A stretch of DNA of 64,000 nucleotides from Methanobacteriota archaeon (GTDB taxonomy: Archaea; Halobacteriota; Bog-38; Methanoflorentales; Methanoflorentaceae): the NCBI GenBank assembly GCA_963720465.1, contig OY970393.1, positions 1,152,001 to 1,216,000 on the forward strand, read 5' to 3'. Below the pieces are notes generated by a model. It was not told where the DNA came from, ran no database searches, and was given only the letters and a program-made list of their open reading frames with translations. A program made the translations under genes and the position numbers. Shown here piece after piece: positions 59,128 to 64,000 of this stretch. Positions within the stretch are counted from its first letter, which is position 1. Every line of letters starts with the position of its first letter.

Positions 59128-59506
59128 TCCTCCTCACCTTGAGCGCTAACCCCGTACTCGGGCCACAAAGCCGTTCCGAGCACATAGGTACGCGCTAGAG
59201 GGGTTTTATTCTCCTTAAGCTTTCCTTTGCAAAATGGTGTCTAAATTGCCTTAGATTATCAATACAGCTTTATTTTGGCAAAGTAGTGCTTAAAGGTCGG
59301 TGCCTGTTCGCATACATCAACGCGAACGGAGGTTCGAAAAAAATCAGAGGGGGAAAAATGAGGTTAGAACGCTCTTGCTGACCATCTCAGCCTTATTCGG
59401 CTTTGAAGTCGCCATCCGTTCAGCGGCAAGCACGGCAAGAAAACGTGAGCTGTTCGTCCCAACAGGGACGTAGGGATGCCGGAGGTCGTTCAAGACTCAG
59501 GGGAGG

Positions 59507-60640
59507 TCACACCGCGCCCGCATTGACACCGATTCCTCGCGCAGTGTGGCGCTTGTTGCCCTGTCCGGCAACTGCTTCAATTTCGCTCAGAAACGCGGCC
59601 GCAGTCGCGTCCCAAGAGAACTGCCGGCTCCAGCTCAAAGCGGCCTCTGGCAATCGGCTTTGCAGATCTGTCTCACGCGCGAAACTGATTGCAGCACGTG
59701 CCAGCGCTTCGGGGGTCGGTTCCGTCAGGACACCCGTTTCGCCGTCTCTGACCGCGTCTCGGTAGCCGACGATGTCATAGGCGATGGCCGGGGTGCCACA
59801 CGCGTTGGCTTCAGTAATGACCATTCCCCACCCCTCGCGTATTCCCGGAACGAGCATAGCGTGCGCGCGTTGCATCAGGTCAACCTTGCGAGCTTCGTCT
59901 ACATACCCAAAAAACTCTACGTTCAGTCCTTTCGCCATTGCTTCGAGTTTCTCACGCTGCGCACCGCGACCCACAATCCACAGTCGGGCGTCCGGTATCT
60001 CGGATTGAATGGTCTCAAACGCTCGTATGCAGTCATCCGCGCGGTTGGCCTTTTTCAGAAGACCGACAAAGAGAAATGTCGGCACGTCTTCTTTGGTCGG
60101 CACCTCTTCCATAGGCTCATTGCCTAGTCCCTGAGGCACGACGCGCACCTTATTGATCCCAAATTTTAGCAACTCATCTCTGGTAGACTTGCTGACCGTG
60201 ACGGTGTCGACGTTGCGATAGTGCGCGTACCATCGTGGCTCCATGACGTAGTGCATAAGGTGACCAATCCCAGGCGGAAGCACCTCGAGATGCTTTGTGC
60301 CCACCACTTCGTGCACCAAGAAGATGATCGGCTCGCGCACAAACTGCGGGGCCAAGAAGGGTATGTTCGTGTACTCATCGACCACAACGTCGCAGTTCCC
60401 TCTTACGTGGTTGCGATAGTAGGTTCGCGCCTGCGACCGAACGGTCAAGTAGTTGCCCAGACGGATTACTTTGATGCCGTCAATCACTTCCTCTGGCGCA
60501 CCGCCGGCAAAATTCGAAGCGATGAGGGTGACGGAATGCCCGTGAGCGACCCACCGCTTCGCGACTTCGTGCGTAAAGACTTCAGCGCCTCCGGCGCGCG
60601 GATGCGCGTGATCCCGCAAATTCAGTATCAATATCCGCAT
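59507..60640 (-). CDS. Glycosyltransferase family 4
   Basis: RDHAHPRAGGAE, REGWGMVITEANACGTP. Confidence 0.92.
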   Translation of the reverse strand: MRILILNLRDHAHPRAGGAEVFTHEVAKRWVAHGHSVTLIASNFAGGAPEEVIDGIKVIRLGNYLTVRSQARTYYRNHVRGNCDVVVDEYTNIPFLAPQFVREPIIFLVHEVVGTKHLEVLPPGIGHLMHYVMEPRWYAHYRNVDTVTVSKSTRDELLKFGINKVRVVPQGLGNEPMEEVPTKEDVPTFLFVGLLKKANRADDCIRAFETIQSEIPDARLWIVGRGAQREKLEAMAKGLNVEFFGYVDEARKVDLMQRAHAMLVPGIREGWGMVITEANACGTPAIAYDIVGYRDAVRDGETGVLTEPTPEALARAAISFARETDLQSRLPEAALSWSRQFSWDATAAAFLSEIEAVAGQGNKRHTARGIGVNAGAV

Positions 60641-61820
60641 ATTTACTCACGTTTGAATTAGGGGCACCGCGCGAAGACTCCGCCCAAGTGCGACAGAAGT
60701 TAACTATTGTTAAAGTATTTAAATGTTGTCTAAAACTATCAATAGTTTTAATTCATATAAAGAGATAACAGAATAGTCAAAAGTTAACTTCAGTCACCTC
60801 GCATTTTTTGCTAACGACCAGTGTCATCGATCGCCTCCAAGCTTGGGGATACCAAGATGCTATTAGTAACCATTAGCTTTGGGGTGGATTGTCGCTCACA
60901 GGCGGCTGTTTAACCGCTCAAGCCGCATAACGGGCTGGAATCTATTAATAGTTTAAATCTGTGTGAAAAAATAAGGTAGGAGTTAAGAGTTAATCTAAAT
61001 CAACTATTTGCATGCAACGCGTAAGGCATAACCCTCGTTCCTGGCGATCGACGTGCATGCTTTGAGTTCCGACGCAAATTTGAACCTCACGTTTCGAAAT
61101 GAATTTGAACAGCTCGTCGATCGCAGACACAACGAGTATCCGTCATGGCCGTGCTGACCGACATCGCCGCAGTACTGGCGAAAAAAGAGCCGCGCCGATG
61201 GTCACAACACTGCGCGATCTGATTCGCCACGCACGAATCACGCTCGTCGACATTGCTGGACGAAGTGGGCCACCGGCGCACGATTGAGGACGTGCCGAAG
61301 GCCGACAATCGATTCAGTCGTTTTTGATTGTCCGGCAAGTGGGGTTCTTCTTTGACTTAGACGAAATCGTGTACGTGGAGGATAGCCGATCCGCTGCTCG
61401 CTTGTCGAGGGGTATCGCACACGGCTCGACGTGCCGGGGATACCGACGGATATCGACCATATCTTACCCAATAGTGCCCCTTGTCGGGACCTGCGCGAGC
61501 GCGCAGTGAAACACATTTACCTGCTCGCGAGCGCCAGGGTTAACTGACGGCAACGTGCGGGAACGGAATCGGCATTAAAACGTCTCAACTTTCTCTCTCA
61601 GCGTGTAATTTGCAGCCGTTTTCAGATGAGCTGCTGCCCCCACCATGAGGTATAAACGACTGGCACTTCGCGTGCATGCGGGTAGAAAATGTGCCCCCTC
61701 AATGGCTTTCTGCGCACCACTATTAAGCTCATAATATATGATGCGGCTCGGTTCATCGGCGCTACGTGCTAGTACAAATGGACACTAGTCGAAACGGAAA
61801 ATCCTTTCGAGTTTCGACAT

Positions 61821-62996
61821 TTATACACCATAAATAATTTTACGCCATCTTTCCACAGCGCCCTCGTATGAAAACTTGTTTTCGATCAGCGCACGGGCTT
61901 GCTGTGCCACTTTATCAACGTCTTTGTACGTGAGGGCCTCCAAAATACCATTTGCTATGCACTCTGGCGACTCATTCTCGAGGAGGAATCCCGTAGACTT
62001 GTCCTTTATTACGTTTGGGATTGCAGCTACTGAGGTCGTCAGCACCGGAGTTCCACAGGCCATTGCTTCAATGACAATGGTCGGCAACCCCTCCGCGGCA
62101 GAAGCGGTCGTGGGAAAAACCAGAAGCTTGAACTGATTTAAGTGATCACAGAAGTCGTCTTCCGGAATCCAGTTCAGGTAATCGATGTTCACGCCTTTCG
62201 TTTTGAGTTCATCGACTCGTGCTTCGACCTTCGCTCTCAAACGACCGTCCCCGCTGACACGAAATGGGATGTGAGCGCAGCCATTGTTAGTGAGTATTTC
62301 TGTTGCATTGAGAAAGTTCAGCACGCCCTTCTGTTCTTCCAATCGAGAGACGTATCCCACGTTGCTTCTCTGCCCAATGCCCTTCTTCACGCGGTATTTG
62401 GTGAGGTCGACGTATCGATATCCTTCAGCGGTCAACTTTGAGCCGTATGTCATAAGCTTGAGCGGCGCGATTAGTGAGTTGCACTCGGGCGAGATCACAT
62501 CCGCTGCCGCGTACATGATCCGATCTTGGAAATCATAAAATCGGTCGATAAGGCCAGTTCCCACCCGTTTACTCCTCGTAATTACTATAATCGTCTTTTT
62601 TCTCAGCAGTTTAGCAGTAATTAATGGTACGATATCGTAGGGGTACGACATGTAAAACAGAACGATGTCGATGTTTGAAGCGTCTCGGATGATCATGGCG
62701 GCTTCAAGAATCTGAGAAGTAACTGCCTTTACGGCCCACAGCGCCTTTGAGTACAGCATAGGGGTGATGTCGGTAGTATCGTGCATCTTAACGCGAATAT
62801 CCACCGCTCGCACTGTGGGCAAATCGTCAATTTCCAGGTAGTCCGTGTTGCCGCCGATAAGTGTAACAAAATGGGAAATAGGAATAAGAATCGAAACGAG
62901 TTGATCTAAGAACTTATAGATCGTCCTGCTTTTCCACGGCAAATAAACCACTGCAATTCTTTGGTCGCTTCTATCGAGTTCTTGCGCCTTTCGCAC
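61821..62996 (-). CDS. Glycosyltransferase family 4
   Basis: SRLEEQKG, EGLPTIVIEAMACGTPV; related to 52956-54110. Confidence 0.9.
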   Translation of the reverse strand: MRKAQELDRSDQRIAVVYLPWKSRTIYKFLDQLVSILIPISHFVTLIGGNTDYLEIDDLPTVRAVDIRVKMHDTTDITPMLYSKALWAVKAVTSQILEAAMIIRDASNIDIVLFYMSYPYDIVPLITAKLLRKKTIIVITRSKRVGTGLIDRFYDFQDRIMYAAADVISPECNSLIAPLKLMTYGSKLTAEGYRYVDLTKYRVKKGIGQRSNVGYVSRLEEQKGVLNFLNATEILTNNGCAHIPFRVSGDGRLRAKVEARVDELKTKGVNIDYLNWIPEDDFCDHLNQFKLLVFPTTASAAEGLPTIVIEAMACGTPVLTTSVAAIPNVIKDKSTGFLLENESPECIANGILEALTYKDVDKVAQQARALIENKFSYEGAVERWRKIIYGV

Positions 62997-63256
62997 GGAA
63001 ATGCCCTCTCTCGTGTTTCAGTGGGTGTCCAGTCCTGCGTGTCGGCGGTATTTGAAGTTATGCAGCATGAGTCCGGTTCGGACGCGATAGGCCAAAAAAG
63101 CTGATCAGAGCGAGTTTTTGGCCTCCGTTTCCTCACCATAGCGCTGTTTTATCTCTTACTCGTCTTTATCTCTAACTCGGCTGGTGCAGCGTGCTCCAAT
63201 CTCAGCTAGGCACGAAGACTGTGTGGTGCACACAGCTGCCTATCGATGCAGCGGTA

Positions 63257-64000
63257 TCACAGGTTTTCGATTATGTGACCTTCATCTCGGGCGACATTGG
63301 CCCACAGATACTTGGTGCTTCGCTTCAATCCCGTGCTTGAGAGTTCTGAGCGTCGCTGTGGATCGTGCAACAATCGTATCACAGTCTGCGCGAACGATTT
63401 TGTATCTCCTGCAGGAACATAGGTGACGTCATTCCCCCAGATGCTGCGCAGCGCGGGGAAGTCATAGACGAGCGCTGGCACGCCGCAACTCAGCGCCTCA
63501 AGGATTGCAATGCCCCAGTCGTCGGCATAGCTGGGCATCAGAAAAAGCTTGGAGTTTAGCAAGATCTCGAATTTCCTGCTTTCTTCCACGAAACCGCACA
63601 GCACAATGTTCTCCTGCAGGCGTTCCGTCTCCGTCAGCCGAACGAGTCGATCCCTGTCAGCCCCATCGCCGACAATCGCAAGTTTTGCGCGAGGGAGTGC
63701 GACCACGACGTCTTTCCATATAGCCACCAAATCTAAAACGCCCTTGTTCTGCACCAGTCGACCGACGTAGCAAGCGTCAACGGCCGGTTTTGCGGAGTTG
63801 ACCTTAAGCGGAACCGGATCAGTGCCGTTGTTGAGAAACTGGATCTTTTCTGCTCGAAGGCCGTGCGAAACCAAAAAGTCCTTCACGAGTTGATTTGTCA
63901 CAAACACCAGGTCAAAGTATCGCCTCAGCAACGCCACCGACAGCGTGTCATTCAACTTACGCGGAATATACCACCACCAGCGCGACTTTTTCACGGCCAG
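63257..64000 (-). CDS. Glycosyltransferase family 4 (probably 5'-truncated by the window edge)
   Basis: VGRLVQNKG, MPSYADDWGIAILEALSCGVP; only the C-terminal part is present. Confidence 0.85.
   Translation of the reverse strand: MAVKKSRWWWYIPRKLNDTLSVALLRRYFDLVFVTNQLVKDFLVSHGLRAEKIQFLNNGTDPVPLKVNSAKPAVDACYVGRLVQNKGVLDLVAIWKDVVVALPRAKLAIVGDGADRDRLVRLTETERLQENIVLCGFVEESRKFEILLNSKLFLMPSYADDWGIAILEALSCGVPALVYDFPALRSIWGNDVTYVPAGDTKSFAQTVIRLLHDPQRRSELSSTGLKRSTKYLWANVARDEGHIIENL

Noticed and set aside
61230-61560. Possible FkbM-like methyltransferase relic (REQVNVFHCAL, GLRHVLNRAP)
   Set aside because: The similarity is too short and fragmented to support without a search

Overview
This is an archaeal window, judged from the PGF-CTERM sorting signal, cupin-type Pgi, TATA-box promoters and a tRNA without encoded CCA; it is probably Halobacteriota/Methanomicrobia-like. 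It is a 64-kb cell-surface island. It holds nucleotide-sugar enzymes (Ugd, GalU, Pgi, epimerase, UDP-HexNAc dehydrogenase), three flippases, seven GT2/GT4/GT14 glycosyltransferases, an acyltransferase-3, a methyltransferase, an Asn-synthetase-like ligase, two CPBP/CAAX proteases, DUF1616- and DUF2206-like membrane proteins, and an array of secreted proteins built from variable head domains on shared, sequon-dense Ig-like stalk modules. The top observation is a fully base-paired but non-canonical tRNA-Gly(UCC) at 35721-35792 (A33 instead of U33, U51-A63, C3-G70). It sits inside the glycan locus, about 190 bp from a relic of a FemAB/GNAT-like gene and 3-7 kb from four intact FemAB/GNAT-like genes. 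This suggests a dedicated non-proteinogenic Gly-tRNA feeding tRNA-dependent aminoacylation of an archaeal surface glycan. All product calls come from motif recognition by eye; no searches were run.
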